Assembly (NCBI GenBank): GCA_963700285.1 | Contig: CAVOXA010000006.1 | Location: 142,253-206,252 of the forward strand | Origin: an uncultured Chloroflexia bacterium | GTDB taxonomy: Bacteria > Chloroflexota > Anaerolineae > JAAYZQ01 | DNA: 64,000 bases | Reading direction: 5' to 3' | Shown: positions 1-11,311 of the stretch, piece after piece | Layout: every line of letters begins with the position of its first letter | Numbering within the stretch: the stretch's first letter is position 1 | Position numbers and translations under genes: made by a program | Notes under the pieces: generated by a model | What the model was told of the DNA's origin: nothing | Databases searched by the model: none | What the model saw: the letters and a program-made list of their open reading frames with translations, nothing else

Positions 1-347
1 TCACCGCCATCCGGATCCTTCGCCAGAGCCATCCGCAGATCCAGCTCGTGGCCTTGACAAGTTTTGGCGACGAGGAATTCCTGGAGGCAGTAATGAAAGC
101 GGGCGCAGCCAGCTACGTACTCAAGAGCGCCCCAATAGACCAGGTTGCCAGGGCCATCCGCGCCGCCGCTCGCGCTTCGGCCCCCCTTCTGGATATGGTC
201 CCGCAGGGGGCGGCCCCTGCCTCTGTCAGTCACAAGCCAGGCGGCGGCCAGTTCAATGAGCGCAGCAAAGTCCCACAGGTCCGAACGGGCATGGACCGGG
301 GGAGATTTCCCACGCCTTCACTTGAGATCAGTTGGAGGCGAATCTGA
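1..347 (+). CDS. NarL-type response regulator receiver domain (5'-partial)
   Basis: Frame reads AIRILRQSHPQIQLVALTSFGDEEFLEAVMKAGAASYVLK, a typical receiver-domain C-terminal half; no LuxR HTH follows. Confidence 0.75.
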   Translation, partial: TAIRILRQSHPQIQLVALTSFGDEEFLEAVMKAGAASYVLKSAPIDQVARAIRAAARASAPLLDMVPQGAAPASVSHKPGGGQFNERSKVPQVRTGMDRGRFPTPSLEISWRRI

Positions 348-436
348 CCTGGCCGGCAAAGAGGCCAGCGAATCTGTACGCGGCTGTACGATGATGGATC
401 CTTTCAAGAGAAGAGAAGGAAAAAAGGAGAGATGCC

Positions 437-3400
437 ATGCTCACGCGCAAGTTGCTCGACCGATTACTCGTCGTCTTGATGCTCACTTCCCTGGTGCTGA
501 GTGGCAGCGTGCCCGCGCTCGGGCAAGAGCCAGGCCAGGCATCTGGCAGCAAGAAGGAAATCAAACAATGGTACAAACAAAAGATGAAAAAGGAGAAGGA
601 AAAGAAGGAGAAGCGGATCACGCCTGCTGACCGGCAGGCCGCGGCCGAGCGCGCCGCGGCCGGTGGCTTCACGCTTGAAGCGATGTTGGCAGCGGCACCC
701 GCCCTGCCGGGCGAGACGCCCCGCTACTTCAGCCACCCCAACTATGCCAATAGTCCGCTGCCGGCGGTCACCGGGCACTGCTCCGTGACTACCGCTACGG
801 CCTGTAGCGCCTATACGGACTGCCCGGCAGGCGAATCCTGCGTGGTTGATGCCGTCTCCGGCGGCATCCGCAAGTTCGTGGACGGGCTGCCGGGCCTCAA
901 TGCCCCAAACAACCTCGGCCAGTACATCCCGGTCGCCGTCCCCGACACGACCACCTACCCCGGCTCGGATTACTACGAGATCGCGGTCGTCCAGTACCGG
1001 GAGCAGATGCACTCGCGACCTGCCGGGCGACGGGGAACGCTGCTGCGCGGCTACGTGCAGCTCTCGACGAGCGCCTGCGCGCGCGGGAACCGTTCCAGCT
1101 GTCCAACGAGATGCTGGACGGGACATCGGTGCCCACGGGCTACAGCGGCGTGACCGCGCCCCACTACCTGGGGCCGACGATCGTCGCCACCAAGGACCGG
1201 CCCGTGCGCATCCTGTTCCGCAACCTGCTGCCCACGGGCCTGGACGGCAACCTGTTCATCCCGACCGACGTGACGGTCATGGGCTCGGGCATGGGGCCTG
1301 ACGTTGGGCGGCATGATCGAGGACACGGCCGGCCAGGGATCCCATGTGCGGCCAGATCGATCCCGCCACCAGCCTAAAGCCGGTCGGCTGCTTCACCGAG
1401 AACCGCGCCACCCTGCACCTGCACGGCGGCATCTCGCCCTGGATCAGCGACGGCACGCCGCACCAGTGGATCACCCCGGCGGCGAGAGGCCGTACCCCGA
1501 TGCCGCGGCCGGGGAGAACAAGGGCGTCAGCGTGGCCTACGTGCCCGATATGTGGTTCGACGCGCAGCGGCGATACGATTGCCAGTTGCGCGGGCAGCAC
1601 GACCTGCGCGTGGCCGGCGCCACGAACGATCCGGGCGACGGCGCGCAGACCTACTACTACACCAACCAGCAGAGCGCCCGGCTGATGTTCTACCACGACC
1701 ACGCCTGGGGCATCACCCGCCTGAACGTCTATGCCGGCGAGGCCGCGCCCTACGTCATCACCGACGACACCGAGCAGGCGCTGGTCGACCGCGGGGCTCA
1801 TCCCCGGCCCTGCCGACACGATCCCGCTGGTCGTCCAGGACAAGACCTTTGTGCCGAGCGCCGAGCAGCTCGCCGTGTCAGGACTCGACCTGGGACTATA
1901 GCCGCTGGGGCGGCGAGGGCAACCTGTGGCTGCCGCACGTCTACTCGCCGGCGCAGAACCCGGGCGACGCTTCGGGCGTCAACCAGTTCGGCCGCTGGGC
2001 CTACGGGCCGTGGTTCTGGCCGCCTACCCAGAACATCCTCTACCGGGCCGCTCGCCAACCCGTACTATGACCCGAGCTGCGACCCTGACCACGCGATGGT
2101 GCGAGCCGCAGATGATGCCCGGCACGCCCTTCAACTCCATGGGCATGGAGGCCTTCAACGACACGCCGGTCGTCAACGGCACCGCCTACCCGACGATCAC
2201 GCTGGAGCCCGAAGGCGTACCGCCTCCGCATCCTGAACGCGGCCAACGACCGCTTCTTCAACCTCAGCTTCTATCAGGCCGTCGACGCCAACGGCATCCT
2301 GTGCGATGGCACCAACCACTCCGGCGCCGAGAGTCACCGGGGTGGCCTGCACCGAGGTCGCCCTGAATCCCGCCGAGGTGGCGGCAGCGCTGGACGACCC
2401 GCACCGGCGTCTTCCCGACCCCATTGGCCGGCACCGAGGGCCCGAGCTGGATCCAGATCGGCACCGAGGGCGGCTTCCTGCCGGCTCCGGTGGTCATCCC
2501 AGCCCAGCCGACCACCTGGGTCGACCGACCCGACCGTGTTCAACGCCGGCAACGTGGACCAGCACTCGCTGCTGCTCGGCCCGGCCGAGCGGGCGGACGT
2601 GATCGTCGACTTTTCCGCAGTACGCCGGCCAGACGCTGATCCTGTACAACGACGCCCCGGCGGCCTTCCCGGCGCGCGACCCGCGCTACGACTACTACAC
2701 CGGCAACGCCGACCTGACGGACACGGGCGGCGCGCCTCCGACGCTGCCCGGCTACGGCCCGAACACCCGGACCGTCATGCAGATCAAGGTGAGACGCGGC
2801 ACCCAGCCCCTGCCTTCGACCTGGCCACCGCTCGAGGCAGCCTTCGCCCACCAACCCGATGGCTCGGGCGTCTTCGAGTCGGGGCAGCACCCGATCATCG
2901 TCGGGCAGGCCGCCTACAACTCGGCCTATGGCACCACCTTCGATCAGCGGCCGGCAATCCGGATGGGTTCGCGCGGATCACCGACTTTTCGATGACCTTC
3001 AAGACGCTGTCCGGCGCAGCAGATGATCGACTTCCCGTTCCAGCCCAAGGCGATCCAGGACGAGATGGGCGAGGCCTTCGACCGCGAGTACGGCCGCATG
3101 AGCGGCAACCTGGGCCTCGAGGTGCCGCTGACGGGCAGCCGGGGTCGCGCAGAACCTGATCCTGTACCCGTACTCGAACCCGGCCAGCGAGCTGATCGAC
3201 GCGACCAATCTGCCGATGGCGCTGGATCCCGACGACCCGACCGTACAAGGTCCGCCGATCTCCGACGGCCAACGACGGGACGCAGATCTGGAAGATCACG
3301 CACAACGGCGTGGACACGCACCCCATCCACTTCCACCTGTACGACGTGCAGCTGATCAACCGGGTCGGCTGGGACGGGATCATCCGCCCGCCCGACGCCA

Positions 3401-5448
3401 ACGAGCTCGGCTGGAAGGACACGGTGCGCATCAGCCCGCTGGAGGACACCATCGTGGCCCTGCGGCCGGTCAGGCCGGTGCTGCCTTGGGACCTGCCCAA
3501 CAGCGTCCGGCCGCTCAACCCGGCGATGCCGGAGGGCTCGACCGTGGCGTTCAACAGCACGGATGCGAACGCCAACCCGACCGCTGCCCATCATCGAACC
3601 AGATGACGAACTTTGGCTGGGAGTACGTCTGGCACTGCCACATCCTCAGCCACGAAGAGATGGACATGATGCGGCCCCAGATGGTGGCCGAGCCGCCGCC
3701 CGCGGTGACCGACCTGGCGGGGATGTGGGTGAATGACGGTAAAGGCTACCAACGGGAATCGGCTGACTTGGACGGACAATTCGATACACGAGACCGGCTT
3801 TGACGGTCCGGAGAGGGCTATCTGCAAACGTGCGGACGGTCCCTGGACGTGATGCCTTTGGCCACAGTGGGCGCCGACGTCAACGACATACACAGATACG
3901 AGCGCCAAAACAGCCGACCGACGTCTACTTCTATCAGGTATTCGCCATCAACACGGTCGGCTTTACAGGCGTGCCCGGCTACAAGAACTTGACGGCGACG
4001 AGTGTAGGCTCCAACATCGTTGGGATGCCTGGAGGTGTGACTGCCAGCCGTTCCGGCGGCTCCGACCAACCTGACGGCGCGGTTCAGACTGGCCCCCAGG
4101 TCCGGCTGGATTGGACCGATAACGCCAACAACGAGACCAGCTTTGTCATCCAACGGGCGGTCGGCGCGGGCGCGTTCTCCGTCCTGGCCTCAGTCGGTGC
4201 GAATACCACCACCTACACCGACCTGACCGTGGTGCCCGGCAACACCTATAGCTACCGGGTGGCGGCCGTGAATGCGGGGGCCAGTCCGCCTACTCGAACA
4301 CGGCGTCCGTGGCCGTTAACCCGGTTTCGACGGGCCCGAGCGGCCTGGTGGCAGCGATTCAGGCTGGACCCAAAGTCCGGCTGGATTGGACCGACAACTC
4401 CACCAACGAGACCAGCTTCCTCATCCACCGGGATGACAACGGGGGCGGCTTCTTCTTCCTTGCCTCAGTCGGTCCGAACATCACCACCTTCACCGACCTG
4501 ACCGTGGCGCCCGGCAACACCTATACCTACCACGTGGCGGCCGTGAGCTCGGCGGGCCAGTCTGCCTGGTCGAACGATGCGACCGCGGATGTCTTGGTGC
4601 CGGCGGACCCGAGCACCCTGACCGCAACGCTTCAGGCCGGACCCCAGGTCCTGCTGGATTGGACCGATAACGCCACCAACGAGGATAGCTTTGTCATCCA
4701 ACGGTCTGACAACGGGGGCGCCTTCGGCACCCTGGCCACTCTCGGTGCGAATGTCACCACCTACACCGACACGACCGTTGTGGTCGGCAATACCTACGAC
4801 TACCAGGTGGCGGCCGTGAACGTGGTCGGCTCTTCGAACTATGCTGGACCGGCGAACGTGGTCGTGACGGGTGCCCCGCCTGTGCCGGCCGACCCGAGCG
4901 GCCTGGGGACAACGGTTCAGGCTGGACCCCAGGTCCTGCTCAACTGGACCGATAACGCCAACAACGAGGATAGCTTTGTCATCGAACGGGATAGCGGGGT
5001 CGGCTTCTCCGTCCTGACCTCGGTCGGTGCGAATGTCACCACCTACACCGACACCTCCGTAGCGGCTGGCGGTAGCTACAACTACCGCGTAGCGGCCGTG
5101 AACCTGGGGGGTCAGTCCGGCTGGTCGAACGTGGCGAACGCGGTGGTACCGGCGCCCCCGGGCGGCCCGGCCGCCCCGTCGAACGTGACCGCCCAACGCT
5201 CGAATCGCCGTGTCTGGATCCGCTGGACCGACAACGCCAACGATGAGACCGGCTTTGTCATCCAGCGAGCCAACGATGCCGGCTTCACGGTCAACGTGGT
5301 GCCCTACAATGTGCCTGCCAACGACACGAGGTACAGGACGCCCGGCAAGCTGTCGAACGGCGTGTACTACTTTAGGATACAGGCGGTCAACGGCTCCGGT
5401 GCATCTGCATGGGTGACCTCCACGCCGCCCTCCATCACCATAGATTAA
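437..5448 (+). CDS. Large secreted multicopper oxidase with six C-terminal fibronectin type III domains (MofA/OmpB-like); many frameshifts
   Basis: Signal peptide MLTRKLLDRLLVVLMLTSLVLSGSVPALG after AGGAG. All four Cu motifs occur across frames: LHLHGG (~1415), MFYHDHAWG (~1685), THPIHFHL (~3316), WHCHILSHEEMDM (~3630). Six WTDN-containing FN3 units to TAA at 5448. Confidence 0.85.
3750..5445 (+). repeat. Six tandem FN3-coding repeats (~275-340 bp period)
   Basis: tggac(c/g)ga(c/t)aa (WTDN) recurs at ~3769, 4112, 4388, 4660, 4945 and 5224; the central copies are similar at DNA level. Confidence 0.85.
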
Positions 5449-5459
5449 GCTCCACAGTC

Positions 5460-5493
5460 GCAGCGGGGGAGGGAGCCATCCCTCCCCCGCTGC
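5460..5493 (+). terminator. Hairpin terminator after the multicopper oxidase
   Basis: Perfect 15-bp stem gcagcgggggaggga / tccctcccccgctgc with a GCCA loop, just after the stop; weak U-tail. Confidence 0.7.
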
Positions 5494-5719
5494 ATGTTTC
5501 AGACATGCATGCCACTCACTGTCATTCGCTCGGCGCCGCTGCCCCCGGGATAGAGCCACGAAGGATCACTCGCTTTTGAGAACAGAATCCCTGCTACTGC
5601 ACTGTGGACGGACGCCCACAGAGTTCAAGATCCTACGGGTGCAAAGACCCAGGGAGGCGTCTCTGATTGAGTCGCGATATGGGCAGACCTGACAGGTTCT
5701 TGGCTCATGGTTGCGTGAG

Positions 5720-5749
5720 TTGACTCTGATCTCTAATGTGAGGTATAAT
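5720..5749 (+). promoter_or_regulatory. Sigma70-type promoter of the DUF4418/ABC operon
   Basis: TTGACT-18 nt-TATAAT about 70 nt upstream of the AGGAGG/ATG at 5822. Confidence 0.6.
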
Positions 5750-5821
5750 GAAATTCAGCCTAGTCAGCGATCTGTTTCGGAGAGGACACACAAATCCCCT
5801 CCATTCTTGGGCCCAGGAGGC

Positions 5822-7035
5822 ATGATGCTCTCCAGAATCCTGCGAATAGCGGCTCTATTGCTGTTTACGTCCGGCATCTCGTGCGGCTGCGCGGACTCGA
5901 CAGTGCAGGCGCCGCTCCTCACGTCTCCGTCTGTGCCAGTCGCTGTTACCCCGGCGCCGGACGCTACAGCGTCCGCAGGCACCGCCGCGACCGCGACTCC
6001 TACAGACGCAGCGGCGTCCACAAAGGTCGCTGCCGACGCGACTGCAAGTCCGACTTTCACGGACGCAGCGGCGTCGACCGACTCCGGTGCCTCTGAACTG
6101 ACAACAATCGTCGTCTACAGCCAGCCGCCCAGCCCCGATGGTGGATTCCTTCATTCTTCCTTGCGCGACCCGGACGGCAGCGAAACCGACCAGTGGACCT
6201 GGGACAGTTTCGCCTTCGATAGGGCTCGGACCATCACCGAGTTGCGCTGGCAAGGAGGCTACGACCCTGACAGACGCGACTCCGGCGGTCCGGTGCGCGA
6301 TTTCACGGTAGAGATCTATGCTTCCATCCCGTCCGGCATCGAACCGGACATCACCAAGCCCCCTCTGGTGCACTATGAGGTGGAGGGCAACGCCGGCGAG
6401 ACGCCGGCCGACGTGCTGGGCGGCGTGCAGACCTATGATTACCAGTTTGTCCTGCCGGCCCCCTTCGAGGCCGACGCCTGGACGCAGTACTGGATCCAGA
6501 TCGAGGCGCTCCAATCCGGCGCGCCGGACTGGGGGCTGGCCAAAGGCACCAGTGGCGACCTCCAGTATTTCCGCAGAATCCCAGGTCAGGGCTATAATTA
6601 CTGGACGGCTCAAGGCGACGCGGCCTTCGAGATGCTGGGGCCGGGCCTTGAAGCTGACGCGCCTGTCCCTGAGGTCACGAAATCGCCGGAGGAGATCGCC
6701 GCGCTGGTGGAGGAGCTGCCACCGGTCGAGGAGATCCCCGTGAATGCAGAGGGCGTCCAGGAGATCGTCCTGGTCGTCTCGCGCAGCGGCTATACGCCGG
6801 GCCATTTCGCCGTCAAGGCCGGTGTCCCGGTCCGCCTGACCTTCCGGCAACTGGGCTATGTCCCTGGTGGCAACATCCTGCTCATCTACTGGGACTCGCA
6901 GGACAGAGATACCCCTGATCCTCACCTCGCCGGGGGACGCAGAGGTGATCGAATTCACGCCGCACGGAGCCGGGCGATTACCGGTTCAGCTGCCCGCATG
7001 ACTGGTACGAGGGTGTGATGACGGTGCAGGAATGA
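5822..7035 (+). CDS. Putative lipoprotein: Ala/Thr/Pro linker, unknown ~190-aa domain and C-terminal cupredoxin-like domain (frameshifted near the 3' end)
   Basis: Signal ending ISCGC; low-complexity linker; C-terminal SGYTPGHFAVKAGVPVRLTF...EVIEFTP...GDYRFSCPHDWYEGVMTVQE* resembles the CupA/Cupredoxin_1 fold. Confidence 0.65.
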
Positions 7036-7072
7036 CTTCCGGTTACAGCAAGCTTCTTTCCTGGAGGAAAAG

Positions 7073-7507
7073 ATGAAAACGGTTCTGGGTGTCGTCATGA
7101 TCGTCCTGGCGTTGGTTATGGCCATCGCGCCGGTTTTCACCGATTGCGAGTCGCAGGGTAAGATGCTGACGACCGCTGACGGGAGGAGTGTATCCATGAA
7201 GTGCCACTGGGCGGGCATCGCCGAAGTCGCGGCGGCCATCCCCCTGGCCCTGGCAGGCATCTGGGCGCTGCGCAGCCGGCGCAAGGAAACGACGCGCTTT
7301 GCGGCCATTGTCGGCGTGGCGGCCGGAGCGACGGCCATCCTGTTGCCGACCGCGCTGATCGGGACGTGCGGGAATCCCATGATGGTCTGCAACCTGATGA
7401 TGCGGCCGATCCTGCTCGCGTCGGGCATCCTGGCAATTGCGGCCAGCATCGCCCTGTTTGTCATTGCGCGGGAGCATGAGCTCCCGGCCGCCCCGGCTGC
7501 CGCATGA
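7073..7507 (+). CDS. DUF4418-family membrane protein
   Basis: Four hydrophobic segments with the motifs C...MKCHW and IGTCGNPMMVC. Confidence 0.8.
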   Translation: MKTVLGVVMIVLALVMAIAPVFTDCESQGKMLTTADGRSVSMKCHWAGIAEVAAAIPLALAGIWALRSRRKETTRFAAIVGVAAGATAILLPTALIGTCGNPMMVCNLMMRPILLASGILAIAASIALFVIAREHELPAAPAAA

Positions 7508-8702
7508 GCCTGCTGCGGCTTGCCTGGAGGAACATTGCCGGCAACGGGCTGCGCAGTTGGGTCGTGGCGCTCTGCGCCCTGGTGGTGGCTGCCTTTGCGT
7601 TGTTCGCGACGCTTCTCCTGCGCGGGACAGCCACCAGCCTGGAGCTGGCGGCAGACCGGTTGGGCGCCGATATCGTCGTGGTGCCGGAGGGCGCCCAGAC
7701 CGAGATGGAAGGCGCGCTGCTGATGGGCGTCCCGGTCGCAGTTCTGGATGCCGGCGGAGAATGTGGAGAAACTGGCGGCCATCCCCGGCGTCGAGGCCGT
7801 CTCCCCGCAGATCTACCTTGCCACGTTGGTGGACGCCTCGTGCTGTTCGGTCTCTGAGATGTTCATGGTCGCCTACGATCCCCAGACCGACTTTACGGTG
7901 CGGCCCTGGCTGGAGGAAAGGCACTCTCCGCCGGGTTGGGGCTCGGCGAGGTGATCGGCGGCGACTATATCTTTGCCACGGAAGGGCGAGGATGGCATCC
8001 TGGTGTACGGCGACCTGGTGAGGCTCAAGGGCAACCTCGAGCCGACCGGCACCGGGCTGGATCAGAGCCTCTTTTTCACCCTGGATACGGCGCGCGACAT
8101 GGCCCGCGTCTCCGAGACCGAGGCGGAGGAGCCTCTGGTCATCCCGCCGGATCAGGTCTCGGCTGTTCTGCTCAAGACGAAACCAGGCGCGGATACCGAG
8201 CCGATCGCGGTGGAGATCTACCGGACCGTGCCAGGGGTCTATCCCATCCAGAGCGCCAGTCTGTTCCAGTCATCGCGCACGCAGTTGAAGAGCTTGCTCA
8301 ACACGGTGGTGATCGTGATGGCATTGATCTGGCCGCTGGCCGTCGTGCTGATCGGCATGATCTACCTGATGGCCGCCAACGAGCGCCGCCGCGAACTCGG
8401 GGTGTTGCGGGCGCTCGGGCGCCACGCGCCGCTTTGTCGCCGAGTCGTTGCTGGTCGAGGCCAGCCTGCTGGCTCTCTGTGGCGCGTCGGTTGGGGTCTT
8501 TTTGGCGGTGCTGGCGATCTACCTCTTCAGAAGGTTGATCATGGTCTCGCTGGGCGTGCCCTTCCTCTTGCCGTCGCCGGGTTCGCTGGCGCTTCAGATC
8601 GGGATTGGGCTGCTGTTGGCCATGTTCAGCGTTTTCCTGGCCGCCCTGCTGCCGGCCATCAAGATCAGCCGGCAGGATCCGGCCATCGCCATGCGGGAGT
8701 AG
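7504..8702 (+). CDS. ABC transporter permease, MacB/FtsX family (frameshifted)
   Basis: [61 protein letters not shown]. Confidence 0.85.
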
Positions 8703-8707
8703 CGGCC

Positions 8708-9412
8708 ATGATCAAGCTGGAAGACGTAACCAAGGTCTACGACCTGGGAAAAGGGAGTTCCGTCACCGCGGTGCGCGGGGTAAGCCTGGAGATCGGATCG
8801 GGCGAGTTTGCCGCCATCGTCGGTCGCTCGGGATCGGGCAAGACCACGCTCCTCAACCTGGCCGCCGGGTTGACCCGGCCGACGTCGGGCCGGGTGACGC
8901 TCGACGGCGTCGAGCTGTGGAAACTGACGCGACAAGCAGCAGTCACGCTTGCGGAGTCGAAAGATTGGGTTCGTCTTTCAGTTTCCAAGCCTGCTGCCGA
9001 CGCTGACGGTGTACGAAAACGTGATCTTGCCTACCATCTTTGGGTCGGACGGAGCACGGGCCGGATGCGCGCGAGCGGGCCGAAGCCATGCTGCACAAGG
9101 TCGGCCTGTCCGATAAGCTGACCGCCTATCCGCGCCAACTGTCGGCGGGCCAGCAGCAGCGCGTGGTCATCGCTCGATCGCTCATCAACCAACCCCAGTT
9201 GTTGCTGGCCGATGAGCCCACCAGCAATCTGGATGAGAAGACAGAGATGGAGATCATGGGCTTGTTTCGTGATCTTCACGCCAGCCTGGGGCTGACGGTT
9301 GTGCTTGTCACGCACACGCGCCAGCTCATCTCGCCGGGGATGCGCTGCGATCGAAATGGCCGAGGGCCGGATCGTAGGTACGACCACGGCAGGGGCACAG
9401 GGAATCACATGA
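8708..9412 (+). CDS. ABC transporter ATP-binding protein, LolD/MacB type (frameshifted)
   Basis: Walker [10 protein letters not shown], signature LSAGQQQRV, Walker [10 protein letters not shown]-loop VTH; stop overlaps the next ATG (ATGA). Confidence 0.9.
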
Positions 9413-10167
9413 GATCACTTCGGATCTGGATCCTGGTAGTCACGACCTCCCTCCTCTGTGGAGGGGTGACTGCCGGCGCAGGGACTGAGCAGTCGATTCA
9501 TGCAAACCGCAACGCTGTCTCCGCGCCGCCGCTCGTCATCCTCTACAGCCAGGCGCCCAGCCCATCCGGGGGGCTGCTGCAATCTTCCCTGCGCGACCCC
9601 GACGGCAGCGCCAGCGACCAATGGGCCTGGGATGGATTCACACTCGGCTCGACTCACGCTATCAGCGAAGTGCAGTGGCGCGGCGGCTATGACCCTGTCC
9701 GGCTCGGCTCTGGTGGCCCGGTGGCCGATTTCACGGTCTCAATTTACGCTTCCATCCCGTCCGGCATCCAACCGGACATCTCCCAGCCTCCCCTGGTCCA
9801 CTACAAAGTAGGCGGCAACGCCAACGAGGCGCCGGTTGAGGTGCTGGGCGGCGTGCAGACCTACGACTACCGGTATGCCCTGCCAGCTCCCTTCCAGGCC
9901 GCCGCAGGGACCAAGTATTGGATCCAGATCGAAGCCTATCAGCCCGGCGCGCCCGACTGGGGGCTCGCGGCAGCCACCGGGGGGGATGGGCAGTATTTTC
10001 GAAGGCTTGAGGGTGATGGCTTCAACTACCAGATCGCCCGCGGCGACGCAGCTTTTGCGCTGGTAGGGACGGGCGCGGACGGCTATCGGCTGTACCTGCC
10101 AGGTGTGTCACGCACACATACCGCAAACGGTCCGGCGGTGAGCTTAACCGGGCGGACGCGCAGGTGA
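9409..10167 (+). CDS. Secreted protein paralogous to the central domain of 5822-7035, with a Chloroflexi-type C-terminal LYLP motif
   Basis: Signal peptide; shares SSLRDPDGS, W(R/Q)GGYDP, IYASIPSGIxPDI, VLGGVQTYDY and YWIQIEA with the upstream gene; YRLYLPGVSR near the C-terminus. Confidence 0.7.
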   Translation: MRSLRIWILVVTTSLLCGGVTAGAGTEQSIHANRNAVSAPPLVILYSQAPSPSGGLLQSSLRDPDGSASDQWAWDGFTLGSTHAISEVQWRGGYDPVRLGSGGPVADFTVSIYASIPSGIQPDISQPPLVHYKVGGNANEAPVEVLGGVQTYDYRYALPAPFQAAAGTKYWIQIEAYQPGAPDWGLAAATGGDGQYFRRLEGDGFNYQIARGDAAFALVGTGADGYRLYLPGVSRTHTANGPAVSLTGRTRR

Positions 10168-10230
10168 GCGCCAGCGGTGCCCTCTAGCCAGGGCAATCAG
10201 GAACCCCTAAGGAAAGGAAGCCGATTGCGT

Positions 10231-10686
10231 ATGAAAGTCATAGGAGTCATTCTGATCGCCCTGGCCCTGGTTATCGGCATTGTGCCCCAGTTCACCGACT
10301 GTCTGGCCCAGGGCAGCGCCATGAAGATGCCGAATGGCAATCTCGTGCCCATGCGTTGCCATTGGACGCGGCAGGCTGAGGTCGCGGTGGCACTGCCACT
10401 GGCGATCGTGGGCATTCTGGTGTTGCTCAGTCGCCGCAGGCAGACGCTACGTGCCCTTTTGCTGGTCGGCATGGCTCTGGGCCTGGCCGCGATCCTGCTG
10501 CCCACCTACCTGATCGGGGTCTGCGCCAGCGACGACATGATCTGCAGCATGCTCATGAAACCCACCCTACTGTTTGCCGGTGTGCTTACAGTGGCCACCT
10601 GCCTGGTCGGGGTGGTCTACTTGCGCGGCGAGGGTGACGATTACACCGAAACCGATCCGATCGTTGGCGAGGAGGCAGGCACATGA
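10231..10686 (+). CDS. DUF4418-family membrane protein (second copy)
   Basis: FTDC...MRCHW...IGVCASDDMIC, same pattern as 7073-7507. Confidence 0.8.
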   Translation: MKVIGVILIALALVIGIVPQFTDCLAQGSAMKMPNGNLVPMRCHWTRQAEVAVALPLAIVGILVLLSRRRQTLRALLLVGMALGLAAILLPTYLIGVCASDDMICSMLMKPTLLFAGVLTVATCLVGVVYLRGEGDDYTETDPIVGEEAGT

Positions 10687-11294
10687 GAAGAGACAACCAA
10701 ATGGGCACTGGCTCTGCTGGGCCTGGCCTTTGCCGTCGGCTTTGGCCTGTGGGCCCAATCGCTCTTTGTCACGTCCGAGCTGGTACACTTTTCGGTCAAC
10801 TTTCCCTCCGATGGCCGGGCGGAAACGATGTCGTGCTGCGATCTGGGCGGGCCCTGGGCACGAGATCGCGATCCCGAGTGGAATGATTATGCCGCCGGGG
10901 GGTGCTGGTCTACGGCGAGGAGGGCGCCGTCGTGATCGATGCCGGGCGGCAAGGGTTGTTGAAGCGCACCTTGCAGCCCAACTATCTGAGCATTTCCAGC
11001 CACTGGGTGAGGAACGTGGGCACCCAACCCTACCAGATCCGGCTGGACATGGACATGTGCGGCTGGGACCTGAAATGGGTGACCTTTGAGCGGGATTGGG
11101 ACCCCGAGGCCAAGATGACTACCCGGTTCATCGATCCCGGGCAGAGCTTTAACATGGACTGGTTCTTTACCATCCCCACGAAACAACGGGACCAGGCAAC
11201 TATCTGCGAGGGGCAGCTCGACGTCTATGACGCCGAGACCGACGACCTGCTGACCGAACTGCCGATCGTGATCGTCAACTCGAAAGCCAACTGA
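10683..11294 (+). CDS. Hypothetical membrane-anchored protein (frameshifted)
   Basis: ATGA overlap with DUF4418; N-terminal TM KWALALLGLAFAVGFGLWAQS joins the 10902-11294 ORF across a G homopolymer. Confidence 0.55.
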
Positions 11295-11311
11295 AACCCA
11301 GGAGAAGCGCC

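Noticed and set aside
340-436. c-di-GMP/cGAMP riboswitch upstream of the oxidase, or guanidine/cobalamin riboswitches in the MttB island
   Set aside because: Only a short GGCAAA-containing hairpin was seen and no full consensus could be matched by eye; an Infernal/Rfam scan would settle it.
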